This document shows, piece by piece, positions 18,901-27,455 of a stretch of 64,000 nt of DNA; the first letter of the stretch is position 1; each line of letters opens with the position of its first letter. The notes under the pieces are model-generated. The model searched no databases. It had not been told where the DNA came from and saw only the letters and a list, made by a program, of their open reading frames with translations. Made by a program: the position numbers and the translations under genes. This DNA is from Promethearchaeota archaeon (GTDB lineage: Archaea > Asgardarchaeota > Thorarchaeia > Thorarchaeales > Thorarchaeaceae): the NCBI GenBank assembly GCA_014728035.1, contig WJMJ01000059.1, positions 64,001-128,000 of the forward strand. The letters run 5' to 3'.

Positions 18901-21123
18901 GTGAGCAGCGAAAGCCGCGATTCAGAGGAATCGAGAGTGAGTATAACAAATCTTTCCGAAATTCCTGGTGTTGGAGATAAGATCCAACAACTACTGGTTG
19001 ACCACTTTGGTAGTGAAACAGTAGCATTGAAAGTAGTATTAGATTCAAGAGTAGATTTAGTTGCAGCAGCCCCCGGAATCGGGGATAAACAAGCTATCAA
19101 TATAGTTAAAGCTGCATATGAGTATCAGTTCGGAGTAACTTCGAATCTGATTTTACGCAGCACAGATTCTCGGAAAATCTTTGAACAGACCCTAGATATT
19201 TTGCGTGGATATGCGAATACTCCATATGCAAAAGATAAGCTGATACTCTATTTCCCTCTACCTCCTGAGAAGATTGATGAGATTCACTCAAGGCAGGAGT
19301 ATTTCGCAGATGCTACTGAGATTGCTAGAAGTCTATCTGATGAACAGAGACATGTCATGAAGCAAAATCTTAGTCATATTCGTGGTCTATATCGACGCAT
19401 CAAACCCCGCCGCATCGAAGGAAGAGTCATTCTAACAAACGACGAGAATGTGTTTGACACACTGATTTCTGAAGGCATCGACAAGTGGTGTCCGGTTTAT
19501 GTTCTTAGTGAAGGTGAAAGAGCTATTGATTATGCACAAGGGTATGATTTGGTTATATTCATCTCTCCCTTAGGAATTTATGACGAATCAATAGATATGC
19601 TGGATAATGTCGAAGTGTTTGGAAAAGATTGGTCTCTTGGTGATGTATTGCCAGAGATGACTGTTGGTTTTTATGCACGTAACTATCGTGTGATTGATGC
19701 ATCCTGCAAACTTGCCGAAGTATTTTCAGAGCTAAAACTGAACAAATCTATGAAGACTTTTATTGACGGATTGGACTTTGAAAAGCTCTCTAGAGTTGGA
19801 GAAATTCTGGAGAATCTTAATGAGGATGGTGAAATTGCCCAAGGGGTTGATTCAACTCTTGACCGTTTTAGAAAAGCAGTAAAAGCATATCCAACCGCAA
19901 TTGCTGAGGTTGAAGCCTGGTTAAATGAGGAGATAACTACACGGATATCTCAGAGTCAGGTGACACTAGGTGGACAACAAATCATCACAATTCTTCAATC
20001 TGCAGATGCCGAAGGTGCTGAAACTGGGAGTCTTCGTAACATGCTGCCTGCTGATATTGTTGAAACCTTCAGTAGTACTGTTTCAGAAGCAGAAGATAAG
20101 CTAGTTCAGATGTTGGGATTAACACCACGAGAAGCCGACTGGGTTACAGGTATTATCAGCGAAGAGATAACCCTTCCCGTTAACTTGATTCCTCTTCAGA
20201 TGAATAATCTTGAAGATCGTCTAAGGCGTAAATTTGCAGATCGTCAATTTCTGTTGAGCAAAAAATTCGCTGGCGAATTGGAAGGTCTAAGAGATATCGT
20301 CACTGTTGCTGTTCAGACCTTGCTAGAATTCGACTTATTTCTATCTGTTGGCCTATTTGCAAGGGATTTCAATCTACAAAAACCTGATATTTCTCTTGAG
20401 TATCAGGGCATCGGAATCCAGAATGCGACAAATCTATTCCTCGCAGAAAGTATGATGAAGGGCAAACATGGGACAGTGCAACCCATTGATTATGCAATTG
20501 GTACAAGTCCTTTTATGCCCCAAGGCACCAATGGAGAGAATTGTGCTATCTTATCAGGTGCTAACAGTGGTGGTAAAACCACTACCATTCAGACCATTGC
20601 TCAGATAGTTACTCTAGCTCAAGCTGGATTTCCTGTTCCAGCTGAAGTCGCATATCTTCCCGTTTTTGAAGAGATTTATTTCTTCTATAAGAGTCGTGGA
20701 ATGGTAAGTGCAGGTGCATTTGAAACCACACTCAAACAGTTTGCAGAGATTGTGATATCTGATAAATCAAAATTAGCACTTTTTGACGAGATTGAGGCAA
20801 TAACTGAACCTGGTAGTGCAGCTAATGTTATTGCTGGGCTTATAGAAATACTACAGGAAGATCCCCGAAGTTCAACTATCCTCTGTAGTCATCTTGCACG
20901 AGAGATTCGTGAGGTGACAAAAGTACCTGTTCGTATAGATGGTATTGAAGCTAGAGGACTGGATGAGGACTTAGAGCTAATTGTTGACCGTACACCTCGT
21001 TTTGGTCATCTGGCAAGAAGTACCCCTGAACTTATTGTTGAAAGGTTGGCAAAGAAATCCCGCGGAAAGAAACAAGAAGTGTACATGAAAATCCTTGAAA
21101 ATTTAGGTGACTCCCGACATTAA
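18901..21123 (+). CDS. Archaeal MutS-family ATPase (MutS5-like) with N-terminal HhH
   Basis: IPGVG/PGIG HhH pair; GANSGGKTT Walker A, SAGAFE, LFDEIE, SHL. No mismatch-binding domain seen. Confidence 0.85.
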   Translation: MSSESRDSEESRVSITNLSEIPGVGDKIQQLLVDHFGSETVALKVVLDSRVDLVAAAPGIGDKQAINIVKAAYEYQFGVTSNLILRSTDSRKIFEQTLDILRGYANTPYAKDKLILYFPLPPEKIDEIHSRQEYFADATEIARSLSDEQRHVMKQNLSHIRGLYRRIKPRRIEGRVILTNDENVFDTLISEGIDKWCPVYVLSEGERAIDYAQGYDLVIFISPLGIYDESIDMLDNVEVFGKDWSLGDVLPEMTVGFYARNYRVIDASCKLAEVFSELKLNKSMKTFIDGLDFEKLSRVGEILENLNEDGEIAQGVDSTLDRFRKAVKAYPTAIAEVEAWLNEEITTRISQSQVTLGGQQIITILQSADAEGAETGSLRNMLPADIVETFSSTVSEAEDKLVQMLGLTPREADWVTGIISEEITLPVNLIPLQMNNLEDRLRRKFADRQFLLSKKFAGELEGLRDIVTVAVQTLLEFDLFLSVGLFARDFNLQKPDISLEYQGIGIQNATNLFLAESMMKGKHGTVQPIDYAIGTSPFMPQGTNGENCAILSGANSGGKTTTIQTIAQIVTLAQAGFPVPAEVAYLPVFEEIYFFYKSRGMVSAGAFETTLKQFAEIVISDKSKLALFDEIEAITEPGSAANVIAGLIEILQEDPRSSTILCSHLAREIREVTKVPVRIDGIEARGLDEDLELIVDRTPRFGHLARSTPELIVERLAKKSRGKKQEVYMKILENLGDSRH

Positions 21124-21152
21124 GGAAACATCTGTTAATAAGAGGGAAATAC

Positions 21153-21725
21153 ATGCAGCGAGTACTTGTATTTGGTGACACACACATCCCCACAAGAAAA
21201 AAATCTATCCCTCTCAAGTTCTATAGGCATATTGAGAAAACTGAATATGATATGGCATTAGTGACAGGTGATATTGTTAGAGAAAGTGACCTTCTCAAGG
21301 TCATTCCTCCATTGCCCCGTTCATACATTGTGAAAGGTAACATGGATTATGCTTATGGTCGAAATTTTCATGAAACGATACAGATTGACGAGTTCAAGTT
21401 CTTGTTACTCCATGGTACTCAATTAAGTCCTCGCGGAAACATCAAACAACTCAATGATATCTTGGATAATGTTGGTGGGGATATCGCAGTCCATGGACAT
21501 ACTCATATTGCTGCAATAGATCGATATCAAAATAAGTTGTTTTTGAATCCGGGTACTCTCTCAGGTGCTGCTGGTATATCCTCTGGAAAAACAGAAGCAA
21601 GTTTTTTAGAGCTAGAAGTTGAAAATTCACAACTCACGGTGATTTTACATCGAACTGATTCAGATTTACCAGAATTATCAAAACTACGGTTTTTTAAGGA
21701 GGACGGACAAATTGTTCCAGGATAG
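21153..21725 (+). CDS. Metallophosphoesterase, YfcE/Vps29 family
   Basis: GDTHIP, TGD, GNMD, HG, GHTH, NPGT. Confidence 0.88.
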   Translation: MQRVLVFGDTHIPTRKKSIPLKFYRHIEKTEYDMALVTGDIVRESDLLKVIPPLPRSYIVKGNMDYAYGRNFHETIQIDEFKFLLLHGTQLSPRGNIKQLNDILDNVGGDIAVHGHTHIAAIDRYQNKLFLNPGTLSGAAGISSGKTEASFLELEVENSQLTVILHRTDSDLPELSKLRFFKEDGQIVPG

Positions 21726-21726
21726 A

Positions 21727-22329
21727 TTATTTGGTTCCCCATGGGTCCGGGCTTAAGAGATACATGAGGAGTCTTTTCAAAACATTGTTACTTTTCTCCA
21801 ATGCTTTTTCTGCAAGTTCTTCTTTGTCGAATTTCTTAGTATCTTCCGATTTTTTAAACCTTCCAAGAAACCCTGATGCGTCCGAATCACTTTCAATATT
21901 TTTAGGCATCACTCTTTGAATCTCTTCTATTGGATAGATATCTCTGGTGAATTTGAGACTCTTGAAAAATGCGTAGACTGTTGATTTAATGATTTTTTCT
22001 TCCTGCGTGTCTGAAGACATCTTTTTGATTATACTGTACGATCTTTGTCTTAATGCTTCAGCAACAACTGATTGTACAGTTTCTGCGAGTGTTCTATTTT
22101 GACCACATGAAACTCCAATTTTAATCATTAACATTCTAATACGATCTAATATTACTCCTACTCTGATTCCGACAAACGGCTTTCCTCTCATCGATGCTCT
22201 CCAGTCATCATATGCATCGTTGATTCGATGGAGGTCTCCAAGATAGTTCTTTACTTGTTTGTAGTCAGCTGGAGGTATGAGTGGGCACCAAACATCCATT
22301 GGTATTTTGTCACCGTCCCGAGATGGCAT
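21727..22329 (-). CDS. Hypothetical protein
   Basis: 200-aa ORF with ATG start that fills the intergenic space; no family recognised. Confidence 0.6.
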   Translation of the reverse strand: MPSRDGDKIPMDVWCPLIPPADYKQVKNYLGDLHRINDAYDDWRASMRGKPFVGIRVGVILDRIRMLMIKIGVSCGQNRTLAETVQSVVAEALRQRSYSIIKKMSSDTQEEKIIKSTVYAFFKSLKFTRDIYPIEEIQRVMPKNIESDSDASGFLGRFKKSEDTKKFDKEELAEKALEKSNNVLKRLLMYLLSPDPWGTK

Positions 22330-22435
22330 AGTTGTTCTCTTGTGTCATCTTGTTTTGAGTATTATCAGTCTGTACCTCCCTTTGCTCTATTCGCTTGTTT
22401 TAAACATCTCTTTATCATATTCATATCTGATTAGT

Positions 22436-22702
22436 ATGACTTGGAAAGTAAAGATTGAAATTGTTGATATACTTGGTTCTGGAAAATGTTCTGTTAGACA
22501 ACAGGTTGGAGACGTGTTCTATTATCCCGAAGACCGGGGGAATATCTGTCCCAGTGCGTTTCACATCCTCTATCCTTGGATTTTGGTCATGCAGTCTGGA
22601 GGTAATCTCTATGTTGATGATGAAGATAGTATTTCCTTAGGCTGTGCAGATTTCAAACATCAAGTGGTATTCCGGCTGACTAGAACTCTTATTAATGACT
22701 GA
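22436..22702 (+). CDS. TIGR04076-like small Cys-rich protein
   Basis: GKC..GD.F, ICPSAF, C.D...V.FRL pattern. ATG at 22436. Confidence 0.7.
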   Translation: MTWKVKIEIVDILGSGKCSVRQQVGDVFYYPEDRGNICPSAFHILYPWILVMQSGGNLYVDDEDSISLGCADFKHQVVFRLTRTLIND

Positions 22703-22969
22703 TTCTGTAAAAGTTGACTATTTGAACACGTGTTCCAACAATCAGTCTATTCTAACAGGATTTTTTATTCCTCAGTGTGAATTACATGTCATAGGAAATG
22801 AAATCAGCAGTTTGATTCCTCTTGGTATTCATTCTTTTGTTGTAATTCTTGTCTTAGCGAAATATGGTCTTACTTTCTTGGAGATGAAAGAAAAGATATC
22901 CCCATCCTCAACTCTCTAAGTTCCAATCGCAATGTTAATATTGCTATCGTACCGCACCCTCGTTACAGT

Positions 22970-23100
22970 GCCATCGTGGCTCAGTCGGTAGATGTTGTTC
23001 TGAGAACAACAACCGAAAGCGACAGCCTGTTATCTTTCGATCGGCTGGTCGAGAGCCAGACAGTTGTTGGTCGGAGGTTCGAGCCCTCCCGATGGCGCCA
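22970..23100 (+). tRNA. tRNA-Asn(GTT) with two introns (D-arm 22992-23017; 37/38 at 23033-23061), encoded CCA
   Basis: Acceptor GCCATCG/CGATGGC, spliced D arm GCTCAGTCGGTAGAGC, anticodon GTT at 23029-31, T arm GGAGG-TTCGAGC-CCTCC; BHB CGGT/ACCG. Confidence 0.9.
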
Positions 23101-23150
23101 CTACTTATCAAGTATTTTATATTGCTTATACCAGGTGCGGTTGAATGCGA

Positions 23151-24161
23151 TTAAGAATCCACTCTGTTTCCTTGTGATATTTGTGTGATAATACAATCTA
23201 CTACATCAAATGTTAGCTCCGGATAGTCCTTACAAAATGTTTTGCTAAAGACGGTATTAGAGGTCATTACTTTCCTATGACTCTTTTCAACTAAGCTGGC
23301 TAACAATTCTTCACCCCCATCTCTAATTGGGGTGACATGAAGCACAACAAAACCTACGTCAACCGCTCCTTGATCTTTCAGCATCTTCCCTGCTCTAAGG
23401 AGAGTTGTTCCACTCTTTGTTAGATCGTCAATGACAATGACATTTTTTCCTCTTACATCTAGGTTTCCGCACATCTCGATAGTGAACGAGTCTGATCTAC
23501 GTTTACTAAGCCCCGGAACTCCAAATCGTTTCTGTGCTCCTTCATCTGGTGCAGTCAATACATACTCATCGAACCCAAATACTTGGGCTGCTTTTTCTAC
23601 AATCTCTGAGGTGAATGTGATGATTTTGTATTTACCGTGTTTTGCTAACCTATCGACCCAGTCTATACCTTTGTTCACTACGGGTTCTACAACCCAAAGC
23701 TTGTTGCATCTCTCTGCTATTCCGTACATTGCTGATTTACTTGAAATTGCTTCTCCCGTACTAAATGCTTTATCTTGTAGAGCGAAAGGCTGGAATGTTA
23801 ATACAACTTCAATACTCTTTGGAGGTGTAATTGGATTAGTCTTGTATTGTTTATGTCCGATTTTCTCGACTTTAGTGGGTTGTTTCAGCATATCCAGAAT
23901 AAGGATGAGTTCTTGTAGTCTATCTGCCGTAGAAAAGAATTCTTTTTCTGCTGGAGATGAACCTGTTCCGTTCTGTATCACTATGACTCGTTTATCCGAA
24001 AGTTTCTCTACCTGTGAAACTTTAACATAGAGGTCTGAATTTGGGAAGAATCTCTTCCCATCAAAATTTGGTTCTAAGCAGAAGACCGGAATGCCTTTGG
24101 AATCGAATTGTTCTGTAAGATGTTCAGCTCCACTAGCTAAAATTACTTTGAAGTCATCCAT
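23151..24161 (-). CDS. Divergent ribose-phosphate pyrophosphokinase-like PRTase
   Basis: FFPNSDLYVKV, QDKAF..GEAIS, APDEGA, VIDDLTKSGTT PRPP loop. Confidence 0.72.
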   Translation of the reverse strand: MDDFKVILASGAEHLTEQFDSKGIPVFCLEPNFDGKRFFPNSDLYVKVSQVEKLSDKRVIVIQNGTGSSPAEKEFFSTADRLQELILILDMLKQPTKVEKIGHKQYKTNPITPPKSIEVVLTFQPFALQDKAFSTGEAISSKSAMYGIAERCNKLWVVEPVVNKGIDWVDRLAKHGKYKIITFTSEIVEKAAQVFGFDEYVLTAPDEGAQKRFGVPGLSKRRSDSFTIEMCGNLDVRGKNVIVIDDLTKSGTTLLRAGKMLKDQGAVDVGFVVLHVTPIRDGGEELLASLVEKSHRKVMTSNTVFSKTFCKDYPELTFDVVDCIITQISQGNRVDS

Positions 24162-24270
24162 GATACTCGTATGTCTGTTCTTCTACAATTCTTATCTCTG
24201 TTCTGGTTTCTTTTCTCCTCTAGGAAAAGATACTTTTAGAAATATAGAACGATACCCATGGAGATACACA

Positions 24271-24777
24271 TTGAATACCAGAGAATCTAGCTTTTCCTGG
24301 AAGGGGTTTGCAGTCCTTGTTTTTATCTTGCTTATTGTGAGTGTAGTTGCCTTCATCATCTCGAGTATTGAAGGTTTCATAACAGGGGTGATTGCAGTAT
24401 TCATCGGATTTCTTCTCAGTTTCTTTAGGGATGATATCAAACGATTAGTGGGTATTTCCAATGATTCCTCTTCCGAGGTAGATGAGAGTCGTCCACTCGA
24501 ACCAAGTGAAATCAAACACCTTGCTCAACTTGAGAAGTATGTAGCAAAAGGACGCGTAAAACTCGAAAAAAGCATCTCAAAATTCGAATCCAAAGAAAAA
24601 CCCAAGAAGCGCCGGAAACTTGCTCGGGAAATTGTTGAAGGAGCTACTTCTTTAATCAGTCTAATAGATCAAATCAAATCCCGTGCAATTCTCCTCCATC
24701 GACCAAAAGTAGCTGAGCACTATTCTCATATTGCGGAAGAGATCGAGTCTATCCGAAAGAAATATTCACAGATTTAA
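24271..24777 (+). CDS. Hypothetical membrane protein (2 TM plus helical cytoplasmic domain)
   Basis: Two hydrophobic helices then a charged helical tail. TTG 24271 chosen to avoid overlap; start uncertain. Confidence 0.55.
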   Translation: MNTRESSFSWKGFAVLVFILLIVSVVAFIISSIEGFITGVIAVFIGFLLSFFRDDIKRLVGISNDSSSEVDESRPLEPSEIKHLAQLEKYVAKGRVKLEKSISKFESKEKPKKRRKLAREIVEGATSLISLIDQIKSRAILLHRPKVAEHYSHIAEEIESIRKKYSQI

Positions 24778-24823
24778 CGAATCATATGCTGTTACATAGT
24801 TATCATATTATAATCATTTCAAG

Positions 24824-25150
24824 ATGGAGTTTCTAGTTATGAGTAAGCGGATAAAGCGTCTTCGTCTAATGGCAGAATACAAGTCTACTGGAATTTTTGT
24901 AGAATCGCCTCGACCTCTTATTGGGGAAATATCTCACGACCATCTTAATATCAGTCCAGAATTATCTGAAGCTATATTCAGGTGGATTGACGAGTTTGAT
25001 AGTTGGCTAAATTGGGATGATCCTATGAATTCACCTTCAGTTCCTGAGAAAGAAATTAACCGATTCAATAAACAAGGTGAAGAATTGATGAAACAACTAC
25101 AGAAGGAATTAGGTCCAAGCATAAAAGTTCGATATGTTCCAACAAAGTAA
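24824..25150 (+). CDS. Small hypothetical protein, possible toxin-immunity type
   Basis: LRLMAEY...LS.EL...I..W...F...LNWDDP...F...G..L...LQ.ELG pattern resembles a widespread small-protein family (recalled, unverified). Confidence 0.5.
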   Translation: MEFLVMSKRIKRLRLMAEYKSTGIFVESPRPLIGEISHDHLNISPELSEAIFRWIDEFDSWLNWDDPMNSPSVPEKEINRFNKQGEELMKQLQKELGPSIKVRYVPTK

Positions 25151-25167
25151 CTTCTTTTTGAAAAAGA

Positions 25168-25241
25168 TGGGCCCGAGGGGACTTGAACCCCTGACCGGCA
25201 GGTTATGAGCCTGACGCTCTACCAAGCTGAGCTACGGGCCC
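25168..25241 (-). tRNA. tRNA with CAT anticodon, Ile2 type (agmatidine-dependent)
   Basis: GGGCCCGTAGCTCAGCTTGGTAGAGCGTCAGGCTCATAACCTGCCGGTCAGGGGTTCAAGTCCCCTCGGGCCCA. The GGGCCCG acceptor is typical of archaeal Ile rather than Met. Confidence 0.85.
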
Positions 25242-25384
25242 TTGATCACTTCTTAGGCAATCAAAGGCTATTCTATCTTGATATTAAGCTTACGACTTCA
25301 CCGTAAAGCCTCTATTAACTGCTTGTGAAGTATCTATAAAATCTATCCGGGTTTATATTGAATGATACAAACTATTGAAGGACT

Positions 25385-25744
25385 GTGGTGATCATCATAA
25401 TTCTCTTATTCACATCCACCCATTGTACTTGGTGTGAAGTAGTTCGAGGGATGATTGAAGAGCAACTAAGTGAATTGAATCTAAATATAGTACTTTATGA
25501 AATCAATATTGATGAGAATATGAATATTGCACAAGTATATGGAATACTTGAAGTTCCCACCGTTATCTCTAGAACAAAACGACTTTCCGGGCTTCCTAGT
25601 TTTGCTGACCTTCGGTCTTTGCTATTTCAGTCAATTATGGGAAGAATACAAGAACATAACTTCAGTATTATTTTGAGTCAGCCGAAATCATCAGATCGTT
25701 CTCCCGAGTCAAAAGAATCTGTGCTTGAACACATTCCAACTTAG
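25385..25744 (+). CDS. Thioredoxin-fold protein
   Basis: FTS.HCTWC, YGI..VPT cis-Pro motif. Confidence 0.75.
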   Translation: MVIIIILLFTSTHCTWCEVVRGMIEEQLSELNLNIVLYEINIDENMNIAQVYGILEVPTVISRTKRLSGLPSFADLRSLLFQSIMGRIQEHNFSIILSQPKSSDRSPESKESVLEHIPT

Positions 25745-25925
25745 CCTTGAAGAGCATTCCTTCTAATACTGTTTTGAATTCCAAGTTATATTGATATTCT
25801 ATCTCCTCATTACCGAACAATTGTCTTAGCTCTCTTAGTCTATCTTCAGTTTGCTGTATTGCATTCTCTAAAAAACTAACAAGTTTATCGGTTCCATCTT
25901 CTTGTCTATCTTTCATTGATTTCAC
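25668..25925 (-). CDS. Hypothetical helical protein
   Basis: Amphipathic helical ORF; overlaps the thioredoxin 3' end. Confidence 0.35.
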   Translation of the reverse strand: MKSMKDRQEDGTDKLVSFLENAIQQTEDRLRELRQLFGNEEIEYQYNLEFKTVLEGMLFKAKLECVQAQILLTRENDLMISADSK

Positions 25926-26126
25926 AGAGCTTTGTCATGTCCTAAATAAAAAAGGACCACACTTTTTTAAAAAACCTGAGAATGTATAAATTAATGTAAA
26001 CATATTCTTTGTTCAATAGTAGAAATCAGTAGTCGATACATAACTTTAATAACAGAATATTCTTGCCAGCCAATACACTCACTCTTGTTGGCTCTTCATT
26101 AAAGTCATCAGGATTATCAACTAATA

Positions 26127-26234
26127 GCCCCGGTAGTGTAGCCCGGCCCAGCATCCCGGATTTTCGAATCCGGAGACTTGCGCTCAGGGTAAAACCATCC
26201 GGCGACCCGGGTTCGAATCCCGGCCGGGGCACCA
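26127..26234 (+). tRNA. tRNA-Glu(TTC) with 37/38 intron (26167-26196), encoded CCA
   Basis: Acceptor GCCCCGG/CCGGGGC, anticodon stem CCGGA/TCCGG, T arm CCGGG-TTCGAAT-CCCGG; BHB TTTT/AAAA. Confidence 0.92.
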
Positions 26235-26311
26235 TCTCAATCTTTTTGCTTTTCTATCTTAGTGAAATGAATCTCTTTCGATTAGTTTGCTCGTCTGAAG
26301 AAAACCATATC

Positions 26312-26830
26312 TTAGACCCATGGAGTAACATGAAAATATAGAAGAATAGGTGCAAACATGAGGGATCTTACTATCAGCGACTGACCACGCGATTTCAAAT
26401 CATCTGAGGAGGGGGTGAAATATAGAATTGCTCCTGTAAGACAACAGATTGCAGCAATTATGTCCCCGAATACTACGAGTATGTAGAAAAGCTCACTATC
26501 GGACATACCAAGTACTCGTAACCATTCTAGTTTAGCAACCTCCATGGATATCATCTCAAATCCTGCAGCTTGAGCAAAGAGGTTAGCAATGAATGGGCCA
26601 ACAATGTATAGGAAAATACCCGTGATTACAAGGAATTTACCAAATCCATCGGACAGACCTGTCACATATACCATGAATCCAATAATAACCAGTATTAGAT
26701 AGCCCCGAACAGCAAGGGCGAAAAGTACTCGTAATGCAATTTCCAGCGAGTCGAAAAAGGGAGGGTATTGGAGGTCAACAGGAATTTGCAATAAGATTTG
26801 TATAATGAATGGGGATATCACCTTACTCAC
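26312..26830 (-). CDS. Hypothetical membrane protein (two helical-hairpin repeats)
   Basis: Four or more TM segments arranged as two similar hairpins. Confidence 0.6.
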   Translation of the reverse strand: MSKVISPFIIQILLQIPVDLQYPPFFDSLEIALRVLFALAVRGYLILVIIGFMVYVTGLSDGFGKFLVITGIFLYIVGPFIANLFAQAAGFEMISMEVAKLEWLRVLGMSDSELFYILVVFGDIIAAICCLTGAILYFTPSSDDLKSRGQSLIVRSLMFAPILLYFHVTPWV

Positions 26831-26862
26831 AAATTGGAGTCCGTATCAGGCAATATAATCAC

Positions 26863-27417
26863 CTAGATATTCAATTCAGTTTTAAGAATGGCAAAATCTG
26901 CCATCATAATGTCTCGAAATTTAGGGAATCGTAATGCAGCTGCTGGATGATAAGTCATGAAATATTTCTGTCCTTTTCCCTCGTAAAACTTGCCATGAGC
27001 TTCAGATAGTTTCCACGGGCCTATGATTGAAGAGATGGCCACACCTCCTAGAAGAACAATTATTTCAGGTTTTATCAGGTTAATTTGGCGTTCAAGAAAA
27101 GGAAAACATGCCTCGATTTCGCTCTTCTTTGGACTTCTATTTTTTGGAGGTCTCGATTTCAAAATTGATGTTATGTATACATCTTCACGGCTTAATCCAA
27201 TATTTTCTAGAAGCGAAACAAGTAATTTCCCAGAACGCCCTACAAAAGGCAGTCCAGTTCGATCTTCTGTGGCACCTGGAGCTTCACCGACAAACATTAG
27301 CCTTGCATTATCTGGTCCTTCACCAGGGACCGCGTTTTTTCGAGTCTTATGAAGGGGACACTTTGTACACTTTTGAATCTCGCTAACAATTTTTGAGAGG
27401 GAATCATTATCACTCAT
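26863..27417 (-). CDS. udg: Uracil-DNA glycosylase family 4
   Basis: CTKCPL, VGEAPG..ED..G.PFVG, RPP.NR, YHPAA. Confidence 0.95.
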   Translation of the reverse strand: MSDNDSLSKIVSEIQKCTKCPLHKTRKNAVPGEGPDNARLMFVGEAPGATEDRTGLPFVGRSGKLLVSLLENIGLSREDVYITSILKSRPPKNRSPKKSEIEACFPFLERQINLIKPEIIVLLGGVAISSIIGPWKLSEAHGKFYEGKGQKYFMTYHPAAALRFPKFRDIMMADFAILKTELNI

Positions 27418-27455
27418 TATTTTATCATACCTTGCGAGGCGTCATAAAGACATTG

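Noticed and set aside
22695-22919. 74-aa ORF, and an opposite frame with several TGA codons (possible selenoprotein)
   Set aside because: No recognisable family, redox motif or SECIS-like element; probably noise or a decayed gene.
22976-23188. 70-aa ORF
   Set aside because: Overlaps tRNA-Asn.
23431-24030. 199-aa antisense ORF and other short ORFs nested in long genes
   Set aside because: Shadow frames of well-supported genes, with no motifs.
25168-25241. tRNA-Met assignment
   Set aside because: The acceptor stem fits archaeal Ile2, and initiator features (A1-U72, three G-C anticodon pairs) are absent.
26026-26341. Two short ORFs on opposite strands
   Set aside because: Both overlap tRNA-Glu.
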